DNA from: Amphiscolops sp. MND2022
Lineage: Eukaryota
NCBI GenBank assembly: GCA_964187785.1
Contig: OZ076409.1
Location: forward strand, 71,550,001 to 71,614,000
Reading direction: 5' to 3'
DNA length: 64,000 nt
The position numbers and the translations under genes are program-made. The notes beneath the pieces are model-generated. The model ran no database searches and was not told where the DNA came from. It worked only from the letters and a program-made list of their open reading frames with translations. Below are positions 1 through 11,585 of this stretch, in pieces; position 1 is the first letter of the stretch, and the number at the start of each line of letters is the position of its first letter.

Positions 1-176
1 CTTAACCGTTATTAGTCCTACCACCTATCATCAGCCTATGCCATGGCCCGGTGATTAGTAGTACAACGCCACATAAAGTAGCGACGCCCACAGTCTGTGG
101 GCATGCCGAGGCATGCCCTTCGACGACGTATGGCAATTTTAGCGTAGCCCGCGGTCACTACCGCGGTAGCAGCTAG
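1..176 (+). mobile_element. Right (3') end of an upstream unit, A-like; the array continues beyond the window start
   Basis: Core hairpin at 99-118 and terminal segment GCCCGCGGTCACTACCGCGGTAGCAGCTAG, which is also the end of the A unit finishing at 10301. Confidence 0.8.
99..118 (+). other. Invariant 3' subterminal hairpin GGGCATGCC-GA-GGCATGCCC (exemplar; 26 copies, one before each of junctions 1-26)
   Basis: Perfect 9-bp inverted repeat inside the conserved block GTCYGTGGGCATGCCGAGGCATGCCCTTCGACGAC, about 35-55 nt upstream of the terminal CTAG. Confidence 0.9.
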
Positions 177-2160
177 GTGGGCGGGGGTAATTCCCCAACA
201 AAAATTACGGCCGGCGGGTTGGGTCCTGCCGGACGTCAAATAGCAAAGAATATCTAGTAGGAAACGGCGACACAGAATCGCGATTTTTAAATCTAACCAC
301 AATTTTTTGGACTTGGAGTGCATGCGGCCCTGAATTGCCCATACGAATCGAAGTTCCTGCTGACATTAAGCGATTGAAATAATATATAGAAAGTTATGGC
401 CCATTTTTCACTCACAAAGAAGGGTAAAATGAGGAAATTTTTAACAAAGTCGCTGATAACTCAAAATGTGTTAATTTTTGGACATTGACTGTGAAACAAG
501 CTCGGAACCTTCATTTCGTGGCTGTGGCATTGCATTGAACACAAAAGATGTAAAGTTTTTACATTTTTTGAAAATTCTAAATTTTTGAAATTTTTTTCAC
601 TACTATCAGTACCCCATATGTCAAAAACGCCTCAGAAAAAATTTTTTATTTGCTTTAAATTGGAAACCTTGGTATCCATGGTTTCTGTCGGATCCTACTC
701 GCAGTCAAACACCCAACAGTTTGCATCCAATGTGGAAATAAAAATTTTTTCGGGGTCATAAGCGTTTCACAAGGATTTCTCAACTTAGTTTCAATTTACA
801 AATTGGTCACATTGAACACATTATTTTCATCGAAGCGCGACAGATACCGCCCTAAAGCTCACGAACGGTCCTACTGGCAACGTAGCAACCATTTATAGTA
901 ATATAAAAGATTAAAAAAATTTTTTCACCCGGTCTCCAGTCATTTTTCAGTCATTCGGAACTTAACTTAGAAAAATTTCGACCAAAATACCCATTTTTTG
1001 TCAGGTCGAAAAATCAAATTCACATTTTTAAGCAAAATTATTAACTCTGACGTAACTCATGGGGCCCATGATACTCAAAACAACGATTGACACTGGTATC
1101 AATGGCTCCAATAACATATGAGTCGCGATCGGACGTTATTTTGAGCAATACGTCTCAATTGAGGTAAAGATCTCGCAAGCCAGCGATCACTGTCAAATGT
1201 GATTTCATCAAAAATTTACTCATTTTTGTCAATCATTATGTGCACAGAATGCGTAGGGTGCGTTTCAGCACTATAATGAGATTTTTCAATGCATCGAGTT
1301 GCTCAAGGGGTGGTACGAGACATTTTTGTCTCATATACTACTGTATTTTCCAAAATTTTTAGCCCAATATCTGGAAATACAAACTTGACAAAATACTTTC
1401 AACTACTTTATTCAAAGGTTACAATATAGATGAACACTGTGGTTGATCAGAAACTTTCATCTCTTTCGTTTTCCGAAATATTTTCCTTCGCATGTGTTAT
1501 ATTTGTATCAGAAAAAAAACGAAACTGAAAAATACGCTATTTTGCTAATATAGAATCGCAATGATTGTGCCTAAAAACTCTTTAAACACTTCTAACGCAA
1601 CCTTACGCACCCAAAATGATCGAAAATGCTATTCACAATGGTGACATGTGCTCTTTCAACGATCCTGGCTGGACAAGGTTTGCATATTTTTCAAGTACCT
1701 GTCAGCTGAATCTTGTGATAGCCTTTTAAGTTGGCCTTGTGTCAACTTGGGAAGGCTATCACATCAAACAACCATCAACAAAAATAATTTTTGTTTATTG
1801 GATATTACAGTTGATACCTTATTTCGTGATTCTATACTACCGTTAGGATATTCCATGAGGTCACCTTACGATTGCATTCAGACTTTGATGAAAACCTATG
1901 AACTCAAAGTCACATTTATATATTTTTTGCCCAAAAAAATCATCAAAAACATCTAATATATATAAAATAGAGTCTTTAACTTTTTTACGTTTCAAGTTTC
2001 TGCCGTTATTAAGCCAATCAACTTCCTACAGCCACGCTCTCTGTCATACTGTACAACGCCACATAGTGTTGCGACGTGCACGGTCTGTGGGCATGCCGAG
2101 GCATGCCCTTCGACGACGTATGCCGAATACCGCGGGCCTACGCCCGCGCTCCCCGGCTAG
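177..2160 (+). mobile_element. Non-autonomous unit, family A (1984 bp)
   Basis: Bounded by CTAG|GTG junctions; colinear with 8313-10301, 44409-46408 and especially 46409-48391. Confidence 0.85.
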
Positions 2161-3540
2161 GTGGCGGGGGTGCCTCATGCCCCTCAAAAAATCACGAGCG
2201 CGGGTAGGGTCCTGCGCGAGTTCAAGAAGTGAAACATCGATATTTCGAAGCAACACTTTTGGAAGCTATCTTTTTTTTGAACCATACGATTTGAACCATT
2301 TTTTGCATGTGGCTTTGGAATCAGGTTATAAGAACTTTTTCCTGCTGACAGTTTAACCGGAAATCATTTGGTGTTGACTTTTGGCCAAAAAACCGGTTAT
2401 AACGTCGAAAATCAACGTTATATCCGAATTGTCGTCGTAACTTTTTTCCAGGGCGTCCTAGCGATTTTTGTTGCTCCTACATTGCGTTGCAGCATGTGAA
2501 AATACATCTGCTGTGAAATTTTGGTTGCAATCGGATCACCCCCCTCCGAGATTGAGGGGTACCCCCCTCCAATTTTACCCCCAAAATTTAGGAAAATGCC
2601 AATTTTGAGCATGAAGCTGTGGATTGAGCGTGTCCGCACCCTGCTGATGGATTGTCGGGCGCATTAAGGTGAATCCGATGACATGTGTAGTTATCACCCC
2701 CAACCCCCCCTGGGACCGGAAATGACCCTTTTATGTGTATTTTGACAGGAAGTTGTGGTTTTCAGTCGTAAGACGTTGTTTTATGTTCGCTTTACAGGGT
2801 ATCAAAGTTGAAACACAGCATGAGAACAACTTAGTGACCACATTTTGGCCAGTCGGGGGTAACGTAATTACCGGAAATAGGGTCGAAACCCCCCAAAATT
2901 GATGTTTTTTGACCATTATGACTCGTTTATTGATCACGTATAGGTCCGATAGGTCTCATTAACTATTGTCAAGATGAACAGCTGATCAATTAACGAAGTC
3001 TTAACGACGCTTTCAGAAACCGGAAGTTACCCCCTTGACCGGAAGTGGTCCATTTTGACCGGAAATGGTGCGAAAAATAGATCATAAACGTCTTTTTTGT
3101 TTAATTTCTGTATACTTTGTCAGATATTTTTGAAATTTTGAAGGTTGTGGTTGAAAGTAGGATTAAAAGACTGAATCGCTGCCGAATGATGATCACCTTT
3201 GTCACCCCCGATAGCCTTCCAAGTTGACTTGGGGTCAAGCTTGAAGGCTATCTGTTATGAAATCAAAAAACAAAGCAGAACCCCCTGTCCCCGTGGTTGT
3301 TAAATTCTGCTTAGATCAGTTCAATGCAGAGAGTACTTTGGTTAAGGTAAACAAATAGCGTTACTTTTACGTTTCTTATAGTTGTTCACCCCCACCCGCC
3401 AAAATTTCATGCACCTCCCCCCTCAGTACAACGCCACATAGCGTTTCGACGCCCACGGTCTGTGGGCATGCCGAGGCATGCCCTTCGACGACATATGCCA
3501 AATGAGCCTTTCCCGCACTCTGGAGTGCGGTAGCGGCTAG
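2161..3540 (+). mobile_element. Non-autonomous unit, family E (1380 bp, single copy in window)
   Basis: Same termini as the other units; distinct interior with an ACCGGAART cluster (3019-3066) and a GATAGCC-type hairpin (3210-3252). Confidence 0.8.
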
Positions 3541-6500
3541 GTGGGGGGGATATATCTCCACTTTTTTTGCGACCGCGGGTAGGGTCCTGTCGGGAGCTTC
3601 TATTTACCAAGCTTACGGCGCTATATACTAGAGAAAATTTTTCCGGCACCGAACTTTTTTTTGAACCATAGGATTTGTACCATTTTTTGCATGCGGCCCT
3701 AATTTGGGCATACAAGACGAAGTTCCTGCTGACGTTAAGCGATGGTTTCATTGTGTAACGAGATATAGCCACTTTTTGGTGCGATTTTTGAGGTATTTTT
3801 GAGAAACTTTTTACAAACAGCTCGAATGCAAAAAATTGAAAAACTTGTGACAATCGACCTATCACTGGTTTAAACCTTCGATTCTTTGCCCTAGCAATGC
3901 ACTAGACCCAAAAGATCTAAAACTTTTACATTTTCCAAAAATTTGACCAAATTGACTCGGGTTTCACTACTATATGTAACCAATGTGACAAAAACACCTC
4001 AGAAAAAAATTTTTATTTGCTTAAATTAAGAAACCTTGGTATCCATGGTTTCTGTCGGAACCTACTCGCAGCCAAACACTCAACAGTTTGCATCCAATGT
4101 GAATTTAAATTTTTTTTCGAGGTCATAGGTGTTTCACAAGGATTTCACAACTTAGTTTCATATTACAAATTGGTCATTTTCAACATCATATTTCCATCGA
4201 GGCATGTCGGATAGAGTCTTATTGCTTACGAACGGTCCTACTGGCAACGTTTTTACCATTTATAGAAATACAAAGTTATAAAAAAATTTTTTCACCCGTT
4301 CTTCCATCATTTTTCAGACATTCGGAACTTATCTTAGAAAAATTTCGTCTCAAAAACCCATTTTTTGTCAGGTCGAAAACTCAAATTCAGCTTTTTAAGC
4401 ACAATTATTAACTCTGACGTAACCAGTGGGGCCCATGATACTCAAAACAACGATTGGGGTTGGTACCATTGGCTCAAATAACATATGAGTCGCGATAAGA
4501 CGTTATTTTTAGCCATACGTCTCAATTGAGGTAAACATCTCGCAAGCCAGGGATCTCTGTGAAATGTGATTTCATCAAAAAGTTACCCAATTTCGCCAAT
4601 TAATATGTGCACAGAGTGCGTAGGGTGAGTTTCAGCACTATAATGAGGTTTTTGAAGGATTCGGGTTGCTCAAAGGGTGGTATGAGACATTTTTTTCCCA
4701 TATACTACTGTATTTTCCAAAAATTTTAGCCCATTATCTGGAAAAACTAACTTGAGAAAATACTTTCAGTTACTCTATTCGAAGCTTAGAATATAGATGA
4801 ACACTGTGGTTGATCAGAAACTATTAACTATTTTGTTTTTAGAAAAAAACTGCCTTGCATGTGTTACATTAGTGGCAGGAAAAACACCAGTAGCTCCAAA
4901 AATCAAAAATTTGGACGGACAGACTTCCAATGATGCAAAACAAAAACGTTTCAACAACTTCTGACGCCACTTTTTTTACCCAAGAGGTTCGAAAACACCA
5001 TTAACAATGCTGACATTCGCAATGAATAAGATCGAGGTCTATTTACTAACACTTAGGTTTTAAATTTTTTTCTCGGAAACCCATTATTGTCAGGTCGCAA
5101 ATTCAAATTTGGTTTTGGAAGCAATACTTTTCACTCTGAAGCAAACCGTTGGGCCCAAAATACTCAACAACAACAAAAAGACTATCACCATATGCTATAA
5201 TAACATATGAGATGCGACTGTATGTTTTTAACACAATAACTCTCATTCTGAAGTAAACATGTTGAAAGCCTTGAATCACCGTGAGAAGTGATTTCATCAA
5301 AAAATATTTCTTTTTCGTCAATCACTGAATACACAGAACCCGTTGTGTTAGTTTCAGTCGTGAAATGAGGTTCTACCGTAATATCGGTTGCTCAAGGTGT
5401 TGTATAAGGCAAAAACTTCCTCTTTTCTACTAACTTCTTCAAATATTTCAACCCTTTGTCACACGAATTTAATATTCAAAATCTCTTTGAATTGTTTCTT
5501 AAGGTTGTGGTGAATTGTTAGAACAATTACTAGGATCGAAGAATGCTAGTATTGGTGTTTGGACCATGTCCGGATGAACAAATCGCAAAATTAAGAAAAA
5601 ATTGTTTCCTTTTTTGGTTATTTTGGCAGTACTAAAAATGTTAGCTGATAAATAATTTTTTCGAAGGCACCATTGGATTCCGCTCAAAAAGTTGATTGTA
5701 AGACATGTGTAATAACCCCGTATCTTTTCAATTTAAATAAATTTAAAAAGCAAACTTTTTTGACGAAAATCCTAAAAATCATACCATTTCCTAAAAAATT
5801 TCAAATGCACTCCATTTGACGTATAAGAATAGCACAGAAAACTATCATATACCGATCAACTCTACTCCCATTGTAGACTATTAGAATTTTGTTTTGATTG
5901 AATTTTTGAAGAATATAAAAAAATTTTGAACCCTCCAAAAATGGACCAAAATTACACGAAAAAATTGACCTTAAAATTTTAAAATGTCAAAAAATCATCA
6001 AAACTACAGCTTCTTGGGGTTCTATCAACTCCACGTGGTCCACAGAGTACGCTAAAACAGGTTTTACCCGTTTTTGAGCAATATGTGAAAAAGCCGACAT
6101 TTTTGGGAAAGAAAAACATACCATTTCCTAAAATACTTCAAATGCACGCCATTTGCCGTATGAGAATAGCACAGAAAACTATCACATACCGATCAACTCT
6201 ACTTTCATTGTAGATGATTAGAAGTTAGTTTAAATGAAAATTAGACGAATAATAAAAAAATATAAATCCTCCAAAAGTGGGCAAAAATTACACGAAAAAA
6301 TTGTCCTTAAAATATTAAAATGTAGAAAAATCATCAAAACCACAGCTTCTTGGGGTTCTATCAACTCCACATGGTCCACAGAGTACGCTAAAACAGGTTT
6401 TACCCGTTTTTGAGCAATATGTGGAAAAACCGACATTTTTGGGAAAGAAAAACATAACATTTCCTAAAAAAATTCACATGCACGCCAATTGGCGTATAAG

Positions 6501-8312
6501 AATAGCACAGAAAACTATCATATACCGATCAACTCTACTCCTATTGTAGATTATTAGAACTTTGTTTTGAATGAATTTTGATGGATAATAAAAAATTTTG
6601 AACCCTCCGAAAATGGGCTAAAATTACACGAAAAAATTGACCCTAAAATTTTAAAATGTCTAAAAATCATCAAAACCACAGCTTCTTGAGGTTCTATCAA
6701 CTCCACATGGCCCACAGAGTATGCCAAACCAGGTTTTGCGCGTTTTTGAGCAAAATTTAGGAAAGCCGATTTTTTTTGAGGAAGAAAAACATATCATTTC
6801 CTAAAAAACTTTAAATGCACGCCATTTGGCGTATAACAATAGCACAGAAAACTATCACATACCAATCAACTCTACTCTTTTTGTAGATTACCAGAAGTTT
6901 GCTAAGAATAACTTTTGATGAATATTTATAAATTTTAAACCCTCCTAATATGGGCCAAAATCACACGGAAAAATTGACCCTAAGTATTAAAATGTCAGAT
7001 ATTCATCAAAACCCCAGCTTCTTGGGGTTCTATCATTTCCATATGACTTTCAGAGTATACCAAACAAGTTATTAACATTGGGCGATAATTAAAAAGACCA
7101 ATTTTATTCTGAAGAAAACCATAATATGTTCAATATAAGAAGTGAATCATTCCACATATATACCCTGTCTGATATTCTAAATTAGCAAAAATATATATAC
7201 TTGAAGTTTTTTGAATGTGAGCTTCATTAAAGGTTGAGATGTGATAATACGTAAATGGATTCCAAGTTTCATCGAAAAGTCAATGGAATAGGTCCAATCA
7301 ACTTCAATCTTAACAATTCGATAACAAAAAACACTTAAGTACATTCCATCTCCCTATCGGGGAGATGAGAATGTACTTTTCAAAAACTAAAAACTTAGAT
7401 CTTTCTATCTTTTGTAACACTTACTGTAACAGCTGAAATGATGAAAGAATAATTATTCTTCTAATAACTTCAAGATTTTTTGCTTCACCTTTCATTTCTG
7501 CAGAACAAAACCATAAGACATACATATTTTTCGCAGTTAAGTTCGACTGTATTACCCAGTGAACAAAGGTATGACAGGAAGATTACAAGTTGTCTCAAAA
7601 CTTTCCCGCCTTCCAAAATCATGAAACGTCTACACAACCAAGATAGTAAAGGAATGAATGTGGAATGCATCATTTTAGTTAAAATAAATAACGTGTAGAA
7701 CTTACCTTTATCTGAAGATGACGTTGATTTATGATCTTTAGAGGATAGTTCAATTTTTGACCATAATAGTGCGAAACTAATTATTATATGAATAATGGCG
7801 TGGAAAGCGTTCAGAAATTGCAGTATTTTCGATTCGAGCATGTATGCGTGGGTTCCTTTGGTGGCATTAGCTTAGTGTACATGATAGAAGTTTTCGATCT
7901 ATTATGATAAAATTTACTCACAAGTCTTTGTTTTTCCTATTTTTTTATGCCATTAAGTACATTCATTCTATCCCCTTCTCTGGGAATGTACGTTTGCCAA
8001 ATGACTGTCATCCAAATTTTGCATTCGCGAAGAGTTTAAATACATAAACACGTCTTTAGCGTTTCCAAATCACAACCGATTAACATTTTTTAAAATTTTT
8101 TTTTATGAAAATTGATAATTTGTTTTGATTTTGGTATCTTCTACTTTTATCATCCATCATAACAAGCACCTTACCATGTCTCTCGCTTGTCTTCATTTTA
8201 CAACGCCACATAGCGTTCCGACTCCCACCGTCTGTGGGCATGCCGAGGCATGCCCTTCGACGACGTATGCCAACTACTTTTTATATCTACACCCGATTGC
8301 GGTAGCGACTAG
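3541..8312 (+). mobile_element. Non-autonomous unit, family A' (4772 bp)
   Basis: First ~1.3 kb homologous to family A, then internal duplications and a distinct 3' part; second copy at 39645-44408. Confidence 0.85.
5781..7130 (+). repeat. Internal tandem repeat, about 4 x ~337 bp, within A'
   Basis: CATTTCCTAAAA...ATGCAC...AATAGCACAGAAAACTATCA...CAGCTTCTTGRGGTTCTATCA recurs from about 5781, 6118, 6455 and 6790; boundaries approximate. Confidence 0.8.
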
Positions 8313-10301
8313 GTGGGCGGGGGTAATTCCCCAACAAAAAAATCGGCCGGCGGGTCGGGTCCTGCCGGCCGTCCAAAATCAAAATTATACTAGTAGAAAA
8401 CGGCCGGTCAAACGAGCTATTTTTTTATTTAACCGTTAGAATTTGGGTTTAGATTGCATGCGGCCATGAAATGGCCATACGAATCGAAGTTCCTGCTGAC
8501 GTTTTGCGATTGAAACACTTTATAAAAAGTTATGGCCAATTTGTCAGTCACCTAGAAGGGCAAAATGAGGAAAATTTTAACAAAGTCGCTGATATCTCAA
8601 AATGTGTTAATTTTTGGACTTTGACTGTGAAACAAGCTTGGAACCTTCATTTCGTGGCTGTGGCATTGCACTGAACACAAAAGCTGTAAAGTTTTCACAT
8701 TTTTTGAAAATTCGACATTTTTGAAATTTTTTCACTACTATCAGTACCCCATATGTCAAAAACACCTCAGAAAAAATTTTTTATTTGCTTTAAGTTGGAA
8801 ACCTTGGTATCCATGGTTTCTGTCGGAACCTACTCGCAGCCAAACACCCAACAGTTTGCATCCAATGTGAAATAAAAAATTTTTTCGAGGTCATAAGCGT
8901 TTCACAAGGTTTTCATGATTTAGTATTAAATTACATAGTGGTCATTTTAAACATAAAATTTTGGTCCAGGCATGTCGGATATAGTCTGAATGCTCACGAA
9001 CGGTCCTACTGGCAACGTAGGAACCATTTATAGTAATAAAAAGTATTAAAAATTTTTTTTCACCCGGTCTTCAGTCATTTTTCAGATATTCGGAACTTAA
9101 CTTAGAAAATTTTCGAACCAAATACCCATTTTTTGTCAGGTCGAAAATTAAAATTCAGCTATTAAAGCAAAATTTTTTACTCTGACGTAACCAGTGGGGT
9201 CCATGATACTCAAAAATACGATTGGGACTGGTACCAATGGCTCCTATATCATATGAGCCGCGATAAGACGTTATTTTGAGCAATACGTCTCAATTGAGGT
9301 AAACATCTCGCAAGCCTGGGATCACAGTGAAATGTAATTTCATCAAAAAATTACTCATTTTCGTCAATGACTATGTGCATAGAGTGGGTAGGGTGAGTTC
9401 CAACACTATAATGAGGTTTTTGAAGGCATCGGGTTGCTCAAGGGGTGGTATGAGTCATTACTTTCCTATATACAACTGTATTTTCAAAAACTTTTAGCCC
9501 ATTATCTGGAAAAACTAACTTGACAAAATACTTTCAATTACTTTATTCAAAGGTTACAATATAGATGAACACTGTGGTTGATCAGAAACTTTCATCTCTT
9601 TCGTTTTCCGAAATAACTCCTTTCAAATGTGTTACATTTGTAGCAGGAAAAAAAACTGAAACTAAAAAATACGCAATTTTGCTGAGATAGAATCGCAATG
9701 GTTGCGCCTAAAATCTCTTTAAAAACTTCTAACGCAACCTTACGGACCCAAAATGATTGAAAATGCCATTCACAATGCTGACATGTGCTCTTTCTACGAT
9801 CCTGGCTGGACAAGTTTTGCATTTTTTTCAAGTACCTGTTAACTGAACATTGTGATAGCCTTTCAAGTTGGCCTTGTGTCAACTTGGGAAGGCTGTCACA
9901 TCAAAAAACTGTCAACAAAAATACCATTTGTTTATAGGATATTGCTGTCGATGCTTCACTTCGTGATTCGATCATGTCGTGAGTTCCTTCCATCAGGTCA
10001 GCTAACATTTGGATTCAGTGTTGGATAAGAACCTATGATTTTCATGACAATTTTCGTTTTTTTTTTGCCAACAAAAAGTACAAATAAATGATATAAAACA
10101 TATTTGTAACCTCTAGGAAGTTTAACTTTACCTTTTTTACCGTTACCATCTTAACCCACCCCCTACGACCTCGCAGTGTCCTCATTACAACGCCACATAG
10201 TGTAGCGACGCCCACAGTCTGTGGGCATGCCGAGGCATGCCCTTCGACGACGTATGGCAAATATAGCGTTAGCCCGCGGTCACTACCGCGGTAGCAGCTA
10301 G
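8313..10301 (+). mobile_element. Non-autonomous unit, family A (1989 bp)
   Basis: CTAG|GTG boundaries; colinear with 177-2160. Confidence 0.85.
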
Positions 10302-11585
10302 GTGGCCGTGTCTTTTCGACGTGCTTTTGCATTGAGGAGTGGGTAGGGCCCCGCGACGACCTAGAAGAATTGGATGCTCACCGAAACGTGCAGAATTCTA
10401 CGAGATCTCATAGTTTGAGCCATACGATTTTTCTGAAATTTGGCATGTGGCCTGGAATTGGTGAGTAGGTGAAACGTGTAGAAGGTAATTTTTCCCAAAT
10501 TCCACTGTGAGAGGAGATATGGGCAAATAACGGACCCAAAAATGGGGAAAATGCACTTTTTTCAAGTTTGTCAGCCAATATCTCTTTTCCAGGTGCCCGT
10601 AGCGTTCCGCACGTGGACATCAATATTGCTCAGCACTGTTGGAGGAGTGCGTGGACAAATTTTGGTTTAAATCGGACTGAAACTTGACGAGAAATTAACG
10701 GTTTTTTGGGCGTTTCCGGGGTAAATTTTTTAACGGTCCAGCTTATCTTTGCCATTTTTTCGAAAAGGTACATGCCTAAAGGCCTCCCCCTGGCCGAATT
10801 TACTCCCAGCAAACCCATTTGGCCCTAAATACGGAGTTTCAGCGTTCCAGCATTCCGGGGCGGAAAGTTGTGGGACTTGGAAAAATTTCAAAATTTTTTC
10901 AAAAAATTTTTTTCCCGTTTTCCGGGCCCCCAATGAAGGGGAACGACCCCCCAACCAGTATTTTGAGTGAATTCATGTGGAACGCCCATGTTTGGAGGAG
11001 AAAAATGCCGTTTAGCACATCTTTTTATCTTAACTTGACATTGACTTATGACGTTTTGAATGTGATGTTAGGATATATGAAGCATGTTAAAAGTTGAAGT
11101 TTTGAGTCTTTATCTCATCGGAAAACCATTGAGATACAAGCAGTTTTGCTAAAAACGATTTTCATTGTAGGTTAGCAGAGTATTAGTACACTTTGATGTC
11201 ATTTGAGTATTTTTTTCTTCTATATAATAACTGTTTTTATGTATTTATTCCAATTTATCTCATCTTTTAACATCAAGCAGTTGAGTACATTTCATCTCCC
11301 TTTCGGGGGAGATGAGAATGTACTCGCTAAAAACCTAATGCTATGGCGCCAATGTTTGGATGGGAAGTTTTCTATGCTTTGAAAAAAGTTATTTTTAATT
11401 ACTTGATTTTTTAAAACAATAATTAACATGAAGTACATTACTTGCTCCTACTACTACCACCATACATCTCTAACGTCAACACGCCCCCTGCTTGCATCAA
11501 CGCCCCATCGTCCGTGGGCATGCCGAGGCATGCCCTTCGACGACGTATGCCAAATGCCCAGTGCCACGCAGTCTTTCCCCGCTAG
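10302..11585 (+). mobile_element. Non-autonomous unit, divergent family C member (1284 bp)
   Basis: Shares CCTAAAGGCCTCCCCTGGCCG...CCATTTGGCCCTAAATACGGAGTTTCAGCGTTCCAGCATTC and the GAGTACATT hairpin (11283-11325) with units in 21450-31755. Confidence 0.8.

Noticed and set aside
340..370. Hammerhead ribozyme core at the conserved CTGCTGAC motif
   Set aside because: No CTGANGA...GAAA core with flanking helices could be assembled by eye
2202..2212. Telomeric repeat (GGGTAGGG)
   Set aside because: Single occurrence per unit as a hairpin apex, never in tandem
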